Shown: one piece after another, positions 39,905 to 49,031 of the stretch
Position numbering within the stretch: the first letter of the stretch is position 1
Layout: every line of letters starts with the position of its first letter
Assembly (NCBI GenBank): GCA_023144005.1
Contig: JAGLGN010000006.1
Span: 1,841 to 65,840 of the forward strand
DNA: 64,000 nucleotides
Origin: a bacterium
GTDB lineage: Bacteria > AUK180
Direction of reading: 5' to 3'
Program-made: the position numbers and the translations under genes
The notes under the pieces: generated by a model
Databases searched by the model: none
The model's input: only the letters and a program-made list of their open reading frames with translations
Told to the model about the DNA's origin: nothing

Positions 39905-41866
39905 TTATCGTATGATCATAAATTTGCCGGTGATCTCCTCTGAGCCGTCATGAGGGACTACCCTGAAGATATATACTCCCGGAGCCAGTAACTGGCCGGA
40001 ATCATTATCCAGATTCCACGCTTCATCAGCGTCCCCGCTGTAATGTTCGATAGTTCGGGCAAGCATTCCGGACATGGTGTATATCTTAATAGAGCATCGG
40101 GAAGGTAAATGGATGAAATCCACCCTTTTATAGCTGGTCTCCCAATACGAGTATTGACCTTCAATGTATGGATTTGGAACCACTTCCACTTTGTATTTGT
40201 AATCTGCCGGGGTAGATTCCTCATGCCATTCAGGAGTGACGGGAAAGACATTCGCGAGAGCCGACGAATATGCGGGAGCCACAGGAGGGGTTGTAGTTCG
40301 ATCGCCCGTATCATATGCGACAACGGAATAATAATAAGTGAAGCCGTTAAAGATAGAGGGATCCGTATCTGTGTATTCCATGAAATAGGTTTCATTCCAA
40401 GAACTTCTATGTAATTCAGAAACCGGGATCTCGCCATAGTGATTTTTTACATAGGTTGATTCCAATTGAACAACAAGGGCATAATCTCCTAATTCGATAT
40501 CCCCCATACCTGTAAGGTTTCTATAGACTCTGTATCCGTCCCAATCCCTGATGCCTGAGTCGGGCGGATCCTCAGAAGATTCAGAACCTATCGAATACTC
40601 TGGGGACGGGTCATCCGCTTCTGAATAATAGCCCTCAAGGCCGCCGGGAAGGGGCTTTGGAATATAATTACGATTCCTTGACCACTTAAGAAATACCGAT
40701 CTGTCGCCTGTCTCAACCTCCAAAAAGGGAGCTTCGGGAGGAGGATTCGGTATCAGCCAGTCATTGTTATATATCTTTCTCGCCGTAGCGGCGTTCTTCT
40801 TGAATTTCACTACATCGTACCCCATGGGATTTGCCCATGACACCGCGGCCGTAGCGCCCATCGGCAGGTCAAAAGGCCCCATGCTGACATATAGCAAGGC
40901 ATCCTGCGGTTTTGCGTTCTTCTCCTGTATCTGATCGGAAGTAAGATAGGTCCAGAAGGCCTCATCATTGCCCCAATCTCCCCAATTTTCATATGTTAGG
41001 TCAAGCTTCACGGACCGCAATGTTGAAGTATCAAATATCGTCAGTCCAGCTACGCCAAGGGTTTCATCGGCGCCATAATAAGAATATGCCGTTCCCAGAG
41101 ATGGATCATAATAAGAAACATTCTTTGCGGCATGGTCCCAATCTACATCAGGATCCATGAAAACACCTATATAGAATTCGGGATAATCGTATTCAGAAGT
41201 ATTTTCAAGCGTCATTATATGTATATTAAAGGCATCCGCATTCGGGTAATTCCAGCGGAGATTTCTAACGGTGGCAAATATCCCAAGAGGGGTGCGGCTA
41301 TAAGAATCTTCTGCGAAGGTTACATAATCCGACTGGGAGAGTGATCCCAATTCCTCATTAATAGAAGAAAAGTAATACCCGTAAAAACTGATCATGTCCT
41401 TGTATGACCCGGGATAAGGTGTCAAAGAATCCTCCGGTGACTGAATGTCGCCCTCCCAGAGAAAATCAGAGATGATGCCGTTGTATCCCCACATAACATT
41501 CTGATCAGAAGCGATCTGTCCTTTCAAATGTTCGCCAAGATTCTTAGGATACTGCCATCCGGCAAAATACGGAGCCCATCCGCCCGCCCACGCGGGATTG
41601 GCGAGCCAGCCGAACCACCAGGCATTAGTTCCGGCGGTGATCGCGTAATTACCGTAACAGTCATTATACATGGAAGATCTTAATGAGACCCACAAATAAT
41701 CATAGGGGATCACATAGAAACAAAAATAAAACGGTGCTTTATCATCCTGGAGTTTTTCCAGGCCCAGAGGGTTGAAATACTGCTCTCTGTTCAAGGGCTT
41801 CTCTAAACTGAAGGCCGAAACAGATAGGAGCACAATAATTATTACCAAAGTTAATTTACTTCTCAT
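39905..41866 (-). CDS. Secreted protein with Fn3-like region and Por/T9SS-like C-terminal domain
   Basis: Signal peptide; GD.SV.L.W..DGYRVYR..YYYSVVAYD; tail VVPNPY..F.HLP..IKIYT.SG..WNL.N..G..LAPGVY. Confidence 0.8.
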   Translation of the reverse strand: MRSKLTLVIIIVLLSVSAFSLEKPLNREQYFNPLGLEKLQDDKAPFYFCFYVIPYDYLWVSLRSSMYNDCYGNYAITAGTNAWWFGWLANPAWAGGWAPYFAGWQYPKNLGEHLKGQIASDQNVMWGYNGIISDFLWEGDIQSPEDSLTPYPGSYKDMISFYGYYFSSINEELGSLSQSDYVTFAEDSYSRTPLGIFATVRNLRWNYPNADAFNIHIMTLENTSEYDYPEFYIGVFMDPDVDWDHAAKNVSYYDPSLGTAYSYYGADETLGVAGLTIFDTSTLRSVKLDLTYENWGDWGNDEAFWTYLTSDQIQEKNAKPQDALLYVSMGPFDLPMGATAAVSWANPMGYDVVKFKKNAATARKIYNNDWLIPNPPPEAPFLEVETGDRSVFLKWSRNRNYIPKPLPGGLEGYYSEADDPSPEYSIGSESSEDPPDSGIRDWDGYRVYRNLTGMGDIELGDYALVVQLESTYVKNHYGEIPVSELHRSSWNETYFMEYTDTDPSIFNGFTYYYSVVAYDTGDRTTTPPVAPAYSSALANVFPVTPEWHEESTPADYKYKVEVVPNPYIEGQYSYWETSYKRVDFIHLPSRCSIKIYTMSGMLARTIEHYSGDADEAWNLDNDSGQLLAPGVYIFRVVPHDGSEEITGKFMIIR

Positions 41867-42318
41867 TACTTCTCTTCCTTTATATATCGTTCCAAATCCC
41901 CCGCTTCAGCATTAACAAGTCGTTTAAAATTATTTTTATCCTTCGCGAAAAATATGATCTGCGCCAGAAGTTTAATATAATCCCCCTGACGACTTCGTGG
42001 TGCAGCAATAAGAAAAAGTGCTTTTACCGGTTTATTATCGATCGATTCAAAAGGAATTCCTTCCTTCACTCGGGCTATACTCAAAATAAAATCGTCTATA
42101 CCGTCTATTCGAGCATGGGGAATAGCGATCCCAAGGCCTATACCGGTTGATAGCTGGCGCTCCCTATTCAAGAGCTCTTCAATAAAAACGGCTTCGCCCG
42201 GTATATCCGCCAGTTTACATGTTCTTGCGGCAAATCGGGTTATAAGGTCAAATTTATCATCCTTTTCGAGTCGAAAGATAAGATCCTTTTTTACATAATT
42301 CTTGAAAAGCAGCTCCAT
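41866..42318 (-). CDS. PTS IIA (fructose/mannitol/Ntr-type) domain protein
   Basis: RE..STGIG.GIAIPHAR phospho-His motif. Confidence 0.9.
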   Translation of the reverse strand: MELLFKNYVKKDLIFRLEKDDKFDLITRFAARTCKLADIPGEAVFIEELLNRERQLSTGIGLGIAIPHARIDGIDDFILSIARVKEGIPFESIDNKPVKALFLIAAPRSRQGDYIKLLAQIIFFAKDKNNFKRLVNAEAGDLERYIKEEK

Positions 42319-42444
42319 TTCGCCTCCGTAATGTTTATGGTATTATATTTTTGCTCATAAATCAATAAGCGGAATGTTCAAAGGTTGAAAAGTTCAAGGG
42401 TGATTGGGAAATGAATACTTGGAGAAGGATGTAATAACTGCTAC

Positions 42445-42600
42445 TCACGAGCGTGGCAATCTTTTTATACTGTAAAAAAAAGCAAGATATTCTTCAATAA
42501 GGTTGAGCTTTTCGGTTGTAGTTAATTTGGAATATTCTCTTAGCTTCTCATCGCTGATCTCATAATAGTATTCCAGATCCTTCCTATTGCTATTTTTCAT
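42445..42600 (-). CDS. Small 51-aa protein, partner of the nucleotidyltransferase
   Basis: Manual translation MKNSNRKDLEYYYEISDEKLREYSKLTTTEKLNLIEEYLAFFYSIKRLPRS; overlaps the NTase stop. Confidence 0.55.
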   Translation of the reverse strand: MKNSNRKDLEYYYEISDEKLREYSKLTTTEKLNLIEEYLAFFYSIKRLPRS

Positions 42601-43087
42601 TGTTTTGTTTTCCGAGCTTTCTTAAAAGTTTAACATCCTGAAGATCCTGGATTCGTCCCGAGTATTTCTTCATCTCAATAAGCCCGGCCGTTGATATGAT
42701 CGGAATAATAATACTCTCGGATTCCATCTCCGTTTTCTCTGAATACTCCTTATTAAAATCTACATTATGACTTAAAACTATGTCGATCTCTTCAAAGGGC
42801 TTATCTTTACCATATACACAGAAATCAATAAGGTTTTTCTCTGTAATCCATTTCTCTATTGTTTCAGGAGAAAGGAGGTCCTTCAGCGCCATGGGTCGGC
42901 GGGGGGCAAATCCCGCTTTTTGAAAGGCATTCACCAAATTTTGGAAATTCTCTAATTTGTTTTCAACTATCAGATCCAGATCAAAGGTCATTCTCGGTAC
43001 ACCATAAAGATTAACCGCAAGGCCGCCGACCACGAGGTATCTGACATTTTCAGAATTCAATGTTAGAAATATATCTCTGTAACTCAT
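42590..43087 (-). CDS. Minimal nucleotidyltransferase (AbiEii/DUF6036-like)
   Basis: YLVVGGLAV..YG.PR.T.DLD and K....GR.QD..D motifs. Confidence 0.85.
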   Translation of the reverse strand: MSYRDIFLTLNSENVRYLVVGGLAVNLYGVPRMTFDLDLIVENKLENFQNLVNAFQKAGFAPRRPMALKDLLSPETIEKWITEKNLIDFCVYGKDKPFEEIDIVLSHNVDFNKEYSEKTEMESESIIIPIISTAGLIEMKKYSGRIQDLQDVKLLRKLGKQNNEK

Positions 43088-43190
43088 ACTATATAATAAG
43101 GCATTTTAAAAATATGTAAAGATTCCAATCTCATTTCTTCCTTGCATTTTCCCACTTTGCACCTCACACTTCACACTTTCTTTTGCACTT

Positions 43191-43279
43191 GTCCCCTATC
43201 TTGATTGGGGTGCGGCGTGAAACGATTGTAACAGAAAATTTAATGTATTAAACGAAATATTTATTTCCGGTTACGGGGG
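43191..43279 (+). repeat. Repeat family B, copy 3
   Basis: Aligns with 37147-37235. Confidence 0.75.
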
Positions 43280-43394
43280 CGCGCAACGCGTGACGTGAAG
43301 AAAATCAAATATCAGTTTTTCTGCTTGCGTCCCTCTTTCTCAACGTGGAACCTTTGAACTTTGAACGCTTCGTTACTGCGAAGCTCCCGCTTCG

Positions 43395-44066
43395 CTAATT
43401 TATTATCAATTGATCGAGGTCAAATACATATGTCAATTTGATGGAGACCTTTATATTTTTGCCGTTTTGCACCGCGCCTGTAAATTTGCAGAGCTTTCCG
43501 GAGTTAAGAGCGGCCTTGTCCAATCTATCATACCCGGATGACTCCAATATCTCGGTGCCATAAATATTACCCTCTTCATCGAGATACAGCGTCAACACGA
43601 CCGTTCCCTCGAAACCCATCTTGATCGCAAGATCAGGATAAGCTGGAATGGATTTATATATTAGCATCGGAGCCGCAATTGTACCTGCCCTGTCATTACT
43701 TATCGACGGCGAGAACGAAGTGTTAACATTTGAATTCAAGTCTGCTATAACGCGCTCAAGATCCTCTTCATCCACCAGGTTTTTCGGCATTTCAGTAGGT
43801 TCGGGAATAGGGTGGTCACCGGATGGCGGTCTTAATGTATTCTCGGTGGAGACAGGCTTCGGAGGAGGAGGTGGCGGGCGAAAGTCCTCCCATACCAGAT
43901 CGATCGGGCCTTGTGGAGGGGGCAATGGATCCGAAATAGTGATCACTGGGTTGACAAATACAAATAAAGCAATATGAACAAGCATAGCGAAACAGAAAGC
44001 CAGAAGCTTCCTTTTAAGCGGAACCTCTTTCCTGAAAAAGTATCTTTTCCCTTGACGAAGATTCAT
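43395..44066 (-). CDS. tonB: Energy transducer TonB
   Basis: TM helix with His, Pro-rich linker, YP..A...G.EG.V....SSG...LD.AA C-terminal domain. Confidence 0.9.
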   Translation of the reverse strand: MNLRQGKRYFFRKEVPLKRKLLAFCFAMLVHIALFVFVNPVITISDPLPPPQGPIDLVWEDFRPPPPPPKPVSTENTLRPPSGDHPIPEPTEMPKNLVDEEDLERVIADLNSNVNTSFSPSISNDRAGTIAAPMLIYKSIPAYPDLAIKMGFEGTVVLTLYLDEEGNIYGTEILESSGYDRLDKAALNSGKLCKFTGAVQNGKNIKVSIKLTYVFDLDQLIIN

Positions 44067-44088
44067 AATATCCTCCTCTATCTATAAT

Positions 44089-44118
44089 ATTATAATTGAG
44101 AAAAGGACGATTTGTCAA
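44089..44118 (-). promoter_or_regulatory. Consensus sigma70 promoter of the second tonB
   Basis: TTGACA-18-TATAAT, followed by GAGGAGG SD. Confidence 0.65.
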
Positions 44119-44180
44119 CTGTTTGAATGGTCGATCAGCCCGGCTACTGCGGCTTCGCCGGGCTATTTGATATTATCGGA

Positions 44181-44843
44181 TCAGTAGGTCTCTACAGAGA
44201 TCCCTTCCAAAAGATATTTATAAGTAAGTTCGACATCTATATCATCGACGGCGGTGTCACCCTGCATCGCAGCTGTAAATACACAGAGCTTCGCGGCGTT
44301 CATCGCGGCCTTGTCAAGAATATCGGAGCCGGAGGTCTTAAGTAGATATACCTTTCTGACCTGCCCTTTATTATCAAGTGTGCAGACCACTTTCACCGCG
44401 CCTTCAAGGCCCATTTCCTTGGCGATCTGCGGGTAAGTACCCGGATGCCTCTTTACAAGCATGGGAGGTATTATCGCACCGATATCTCTTAAGTTATGCG
44501 GTGTTGTATCTTCATCGATCATGATCTCAGGAATTTCAGGTATCGGTTCTTCATCCTTTCTCGGATCCGGAACTGCCTTCGGAATTGCCCTTTTTCGCGG
44601 TTTGTAGATATTCTTTGTTTTCTTCATTTTCTGATCTAATTTCTTTTTCGGAATGGTGTATTTCAAGGGTTTGAATATCTTTCTTTTTCCCGCCTTATAT
44701 TTATTCGGGCCCTTCTTGAACTCTCTGATACCGACAAATAATCCTATATGAACCACTATCGCGAGGATCAAAGCAATAAGGGTCGTCTTTTGAGAAAATT
44801 TTCTCTCTGTTTCCAGACGCTTTTTTATTACATCTATCATCAT
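44181..44843 (-). CDS. tonB: Energy transducer TonB
   Basis: TM helix with His; YPQIAKEMGLEG..TSGSDILDKAA. Confidence 0.9.
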   Translation of the reverse strand: MMIDVIKKRLETERKFSQKTTLIALILAIVVHIGLFVGIREFKKGPNKYKAGKRKIFKPLKYTIPKKKLDQKMKKTKNIYKPRKRAIPKAVPDPRKDEEPIPEIPEIMIDEDTTPHNLRDIGAIIPPMLVKRHPGTYPQIAKEMGLEGAVKVVCTLDNKGQVRKVYLLKTSGSDILDKAAMNAAKLCVFTAAMQGDTAVDDIDVELTYKYLLEGISVETY

Positions 44844-44855
44844 AATACGACTCCT

Positions 44856-45296
44856 TTATTCCCCGCCTACTTCTTTAGAGTAGTCGAAATCCTCATAGCT
44901 CTCTTCGGTTGACTGGAAGGCGATATTATCGATACCGCCCAATAAGACGCTGTCAATGGTATCAACAAGATAGCTGTACGGGGTTTTTGGATCCACCTTG
45001 ATCACGACAAAGGCATCCTTTTGGACCATCTTTGTTGTTTTAACTGTGGTCTTGACCTCATCCAGAGAAACGATGGATTCGTTCATCATTACAACACCGT
45101 ACGCATCTATATATATCTCAATATTCTTCTGATCGAGGGTTACCTCTTTCACCGAATCTGGAAGCTCGTATTTCAAGCCGGATTCCTGCGAAAATACCGT
45201 TGTAAGCATAAAAAAGATTATAAGCAGAAAAGCGATATCGGACATTGAAGAAGCAGGTATCGCTGTTGATGCTTTTGATTTGTTTTTTACCTTCAT
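44856..45296 (-). CDS. exbD: ExbD/TolR
   Basis: SMSDIAFLLIIFFMLTT. Confidence 0.92.
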   Translation of the reverse strand: MKVKNKSKASTAIPASSMSDIAFLLIIFFMLTTVFSQESGLKYELPDSVKEVTLDQKNIEIYIDAYGVVMMNESIVSLDEVKTTVKTTKMVQKDAFVVIKVDPKTPYSYLVDTIDSVLLGGIDNIAFQSTEESYEDFDYSKEVGGE

Positions 45297-45303
45297 CCTA
45301 CAC

Positions 45304-45714
45304 CTATTTCTTATAGTCCACTGCCAGGGCGACCTTATTCACATATCCCTCCTGAATGCTGTTTAGGACTCTCTTTATGATCTCATAGGGGATACTTCCG
45401 TCGGCCTTGAGAACCACATACAGATTGGCTCTTTTTGAACCCTCGACCATAATATGCGCCGAGAGAGCTTCGATAAAAACAGGTTTGCCCTCTAATCTCA
45501 CCATTGTGCCGTCATCTCCCTTTTGCAGGGTAACATGAAGAACTGTCTGCTCCAGGGTTTCCGGCTTTGTAGCTTGAGGAAGAGTAAGGTCCAGGCCCTG
45601 ATCTTTATTGAAGACCGTGGTTATCATGAAGAAGATTATAAGCAGAAAGGCTATATCGGACATGGCGGAATCTGGAATATTCGTATTCGCCTTCAGTCCC
45701 TTTGATAACTTCAT
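45304..45714 (-). CDS. exbD: ExbD/TolR
   Basis: AMSDIAFLLIIFFMITT. Confidence 0.92.
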   Translation of the reverse strand: MKLSKGLKANTNIPDSAMSDIAFLLIIFFMITTVFNKDQGLDLTLPQATKPETLEQTVLHVTLQKGDDGTMVRLEGKPVFIEALSAHIMVEGSKRANLYVVLKADGSIPYEIIKRVLNSIQEGYVNKVALAVDYKK

Positions 45715-46376
45715 TACTTGGTCAACTCCATTTCCTCCAGAACCTCAAGCAGTACACTTGAAGACTCCTGAATATCCATTGTGAACCTATCCAGGAAGTT
45801 TACAAAAAAGTTGTACATAATGAGAGCGGGAGCGGATATGATAAGACCTGTCGCTGTGGTGACAAGTGCTTCGGAAATACCGCCGGCGACAATAGTAGGA
45901 TCTCCAAGACCCGCGGTGGCCATGGAGCCGAAGGCGCCGATCATACCGGTAACAGTTCCAAGGAACCCAAAAATAGGAGCCAAAGAAACGACAGTTGCCA
46001 GCCAGACGAGACCTTTTTCAAGACTGGACAATTCGACCGCTGCCGCGGCTTCCATTGTCTTTTCGATCATGTCTCTTTTTTCCTGAGATTTCACCTTCAG
46101 TGTAGAGACCTTCTGAAGGTCGCTGTATTTTGTCAGACCTTCATGAAGAACCGCAGGAATTGGCCCGTTGGTTTTTTCACAAAGATCAAGAGCGCTGTCA
46201 AGATCATCCTTCTCCAGAAGCTCAATGATCATTCCCAAAAATTCTTTGGTATTGATCTTTCTCTTATAATAAGTGATCATTCTTTCAAAGAAAATGAATA
46301 ACGCAAGTAATGATAAGAGCAGAAGCGGCCACATCATCGGGCCACCTTGCTTAAATTTTTCTAATAGAAATCCCAT
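45714..46376 (-). CDS. exbB: ExbB/TolQ/MotA proton channel
   Basis: APIFGFLGTVTGMI and GISEALVTTATGL motifs. Confidence 0.94.
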   Translation of the reverse strand: MGFLLEKFKQGGPMMWPLLLLSLLALFIFFERMITYYKRKINTKEFLGMIIELLEKDDLDSALDLCEKTNGPIPAVLHEGLTKYSDLQKVSTLKVKSQEKRDMIEKTMEAAAAVELSSLEKGLVWLATVVSLAPIFGFLGTVTGMIGAFGSMATAGLGDPTIVAGGISEALVTTATGLIISAPALIMYNFFVNFLDRFTMDIQESSSVLLEVLEEMELTK

Positions 46377-46398
46377 TCGTCACTCCTTTATTTAATAA

Positions 46399-48768
46399 TT
46401 AAAAACTAACCGTAATGCCGGCTTTAGCACGCTGGGGGGCGCTGTACAATGCCGCTGACCCGTCCGCATAGACTCCGGTAATATTTCTGGTATCGAAAAC
46501 ATTGGTAAGTTCTAAATATAATTTATACTTCATACCGAACCATTTGATACCGTCAAAGGCCTTCCACAAACTCATATCTACCCTCTTGTAATCGGGGAAT
46601 CTTGCATCGTTGACCAGGCCCTTTTTACTTCCATCAACTGAGGTATAGGGCATTCCGGTATGCCAATAACCGATAACCGAAGCGCCGAGACCGTTATTTC
46701 CTTCATAGCCGACCTGAAGTATAACATTATGAGTTACATCCCAATCAAGGGGATATTCCTTCGGCGGCAGAACATCTATGGAAATATAAGGATTTGAAGA
46801 TGTACCCTTTGCGTCGGAAAGGGTGTATGCAAGTCTCCAATAATAATTATTCGCAAATCCCTTGGTAAGCTGAACCTCGAGGCCCTGAGCATAGGAATGA
46901 TCGACATTCATGGGCATATCACGGTCGCTGCCGCTAAGACGGGAATTTCCCGCGACGAATTTGATAAGGTCACTTGTATTCTTATAATAGGTGACCATGT
47001 CCAATTTCAGCACATCCGAAAGAAGGTATGTGATACCATATTCAAATGCGACCGCGTTAGCAGCTTCCAAATACTGATTGTTCGACTGGTCTTTATATGA
47101 TTCATACTTCTCCTGAAGAACATACATTGCCGCCGGCGGCTGATAGAAGATGCCGTAAGTAAAGCGGAATTTGGTTCTGTCATTGATGGCGAATGAAAGG
47201 AACGCCCTTGGGGAGAACTGTGATCCGGCATATTGCCTTCTGTCATATCTGAGCCCAACATTCATTACAAGATCCTGATCCCAATCCATGAAATCAAGGA
47301 CGTAGAACGCCTGCTCATCCATGAACCTATGATAGGCATCCCTGTAAGCGGAATCCTCAATGGCGGGATATGTCTGGAAATTCTCCAGAAGGTCATAGTA
47401 ATTATACTGAAGACCGGCTTTTATCTGATGTATCTTGTTAAGCTGATTGACTATGTCTATTTTGAATGAGTATTGTGTCGAAGTTCTGTCCTCATACACG
47501 GGGTAATCTCTTGAATCGGGGTCATAGGACCACTCATATTCTTCCGGTTCTTTATCACCGACACCAACTACGATCTGGTTCTGAAATCTATATAAGAATA
47601 TCTGATAGAAGAGGTTCATGGAAATGGTGTGAGCCCATTCGAAGTTAACCTGATTGTTCATCTGCCATTGTGTGGGCTGATGCTCTACGGTAGGTGTGGC
47701 ATATGATCTTGAGACCAAGTAATCGATCGAGGCCCAGGAATACTGATACCCCAATTTGGCTTTCATCCTGGGTGATATCTTCATGGTCAATTTGGAAGAA
47801 GTATCGTTGAAATTCTGCCAATTATAGCGCACATAATCATAATCATAATCCTGGTCCGCCTGCAATGTTCCATTAAAATCGGGATTGGAGAGCCACTTCA
47901 GATCAGATGTAAAGCTCGATCCCGAGGTATAAAAGGTCAGTAATGGGCCGCGCTTTGTCTTTTTGAAGATCGGGATGGGGCCGCCCAATTCCCAGTTTAT
48001 ATCGACATCGCCCTGGTCCGCGGCCTTCCACACAAGATTGCCTGTCCAATAAGCGAATCTTCCCGAATACTTTTTTCCGCCTTCTTTGGTAACGACATTA
48101 ACGATACCCGAAAGAGCACCGCCGTACTCAGCGGAAAATCCACCGGTCTTCACGGAGATTTCTTTAATGGCCCAATTATTGATATTTCCACCGAAGGTCC
48201 CCGTTACAGGATCCTTGATCGTCATACCGTCAACCATATAGTTGACCTCATCGCTACGGCCGCCGCGAATATGAAGCTGTCCGCCTTCGCCGACAACGCC
48301 GGGGACGGTTTGAACTATTCTCTGGAAGCTGGAAATCGGTGTATCGGTGATCTCTGCCTCTGAAAGGACATGATCGGTACCGCCTTTATCCCTCTGTATC
48401 TTCACAACTCTCTTATCTTTAACGATAATGACCTCTGAAGTTGCCGCACCCCTTTCCAATCTGATCGGGGGTTCTGTTGATGTTGAATCCGATGTGATAA
48501 TAATATTTTCCCTGATAACCGGTTTGTATTTAACATGGGTTACCGCTATGGAATAAATATCGACGGCAAGGCCACTGAAGTAGTATTCTCCTCTCTCATC
48601 GGTAGCGGTTTCAAGCCCAATAGGTTCGATCACCACTTTAGCATCGACCACGGGATTTCCGGAACTGTCATCGACAACGATTCCTTTGACTGCTCCTGTA
48701 TTTCCTGCATAGGTAACCATACCAACAATAATAAATACCGTTAATATTAAAATCTTCCAGTGCTTCAT
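46399..48768 (-). CDS. TonB-dependent receptor with N-terminal carboxypeptidase-regulatory-like domain
   Basis: PGVV..HIRGGR plug, GGFSAEYG.ALSGIVNVVTK, NVFD and terminal F. Confidence 0.93.
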   Translation of the reverse strand: MKHWKILILTVFIIVGMVTYAGNTGAVKGIVVDDSSGNPVVDAKVVIEPIGLETATDERGEYYFSGLAVDIYSIAVTHVKYKPVIRENIIITSDSTSTEPPIRLERGAATSEVIIVKDKRVVKIQRDKGGTDHVLSEAEITDTPISSFQRIVQTVPGVVGEGGQLHIRGGRSDEVNYMVDGMTIKDPVTGTFGGNINNWAIKEISVKTGGFSAEYGGALSGIVNVVTKEGGKKYSGRFAYWTGNLVWKAADQGDVDINWELGGPIPIFKKTKRGPLLTFYTSGSSFTSDLKWLSNPDFNGTLQADQDYDYDYVRYNWQNFNDTSSKLTMKISPRMKAKLGYQYSWASIDYLVSRSYATPTVEHQPTQWQMNNQVNFEWAHTISMNLFYQIFLYRFQNQIVVGVGDKEPEEYEWSYDPDSRDYPVYEDRTSTQYSFKIDIVNQLNKIHQIKAGLQYNYYDLLENFQTYPAIEDSAYRDAYHRFMDEQAFYVLDFMDWDQDLVMNVGLRYDRRQYAGSQFSPRAFLSFAINDRTKFRFTYGIFYQPPAAMYVLQEKYESYKDQSNNQYLEAANAVAFEYGITYLLSDVLKLDMVTYYKNTSDLIKFVAGNSRLSGSDRDMPMNVDHSYAQGLEVQLTKGFANNYYWRLAYTLSDAKGTSSNPYISIDVLPPKEYPLDWDVTHNVILQVGYEGNNGLGASVIGYWHTGMPYTSVDGSKKGLVNDARFPDYKRVDMSLWKAFDGIKWFGMKYKLYLELTNVFDTRNITGVYADGSAALYSAPQRAKAGITVSF

Positions 48769-48788
48769 TAAAGCCTCCTGTTTTGTGC

Positions 48789-48817
48789 ATTATATCATTT
48801 TTAATTTTCTAAGTCAA
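48789..48817 (-). promoter_or_regulatory. Sigma70 promoter of the TBDR operon
   Basis: TTGACT-17-TATAAT, followed by AGGAGG SD. Confidence 0.7.
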
Positions 48818-49031
48818 TAAAAAAAACCTCAAATTCGCGGCCGGTTCATTGCCGCTAACTCGTTACGCCTTGGTGTTATATCGGCAGTTTATCCTCTTAC
48901 TATTTTCCATTTTTGAGAGGTTCTCACAGGACTCTTCCTCTTATTCTACCTTACGGTACCGACAAGCCCGTTGATAATCATCACATTTGCTTTCATTTTT
49001 GTTATGTTTCCGATCTTCGGGAGGAATAGGC

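Noticed and set aside
48820..49030. Cobalamin/TPP riboswitch or 6S RNA upstream of the TBDR
   Set aside because: No recognisable consensus, and the TBDR promoter lies downstream of this segment, leaving a very short leader.
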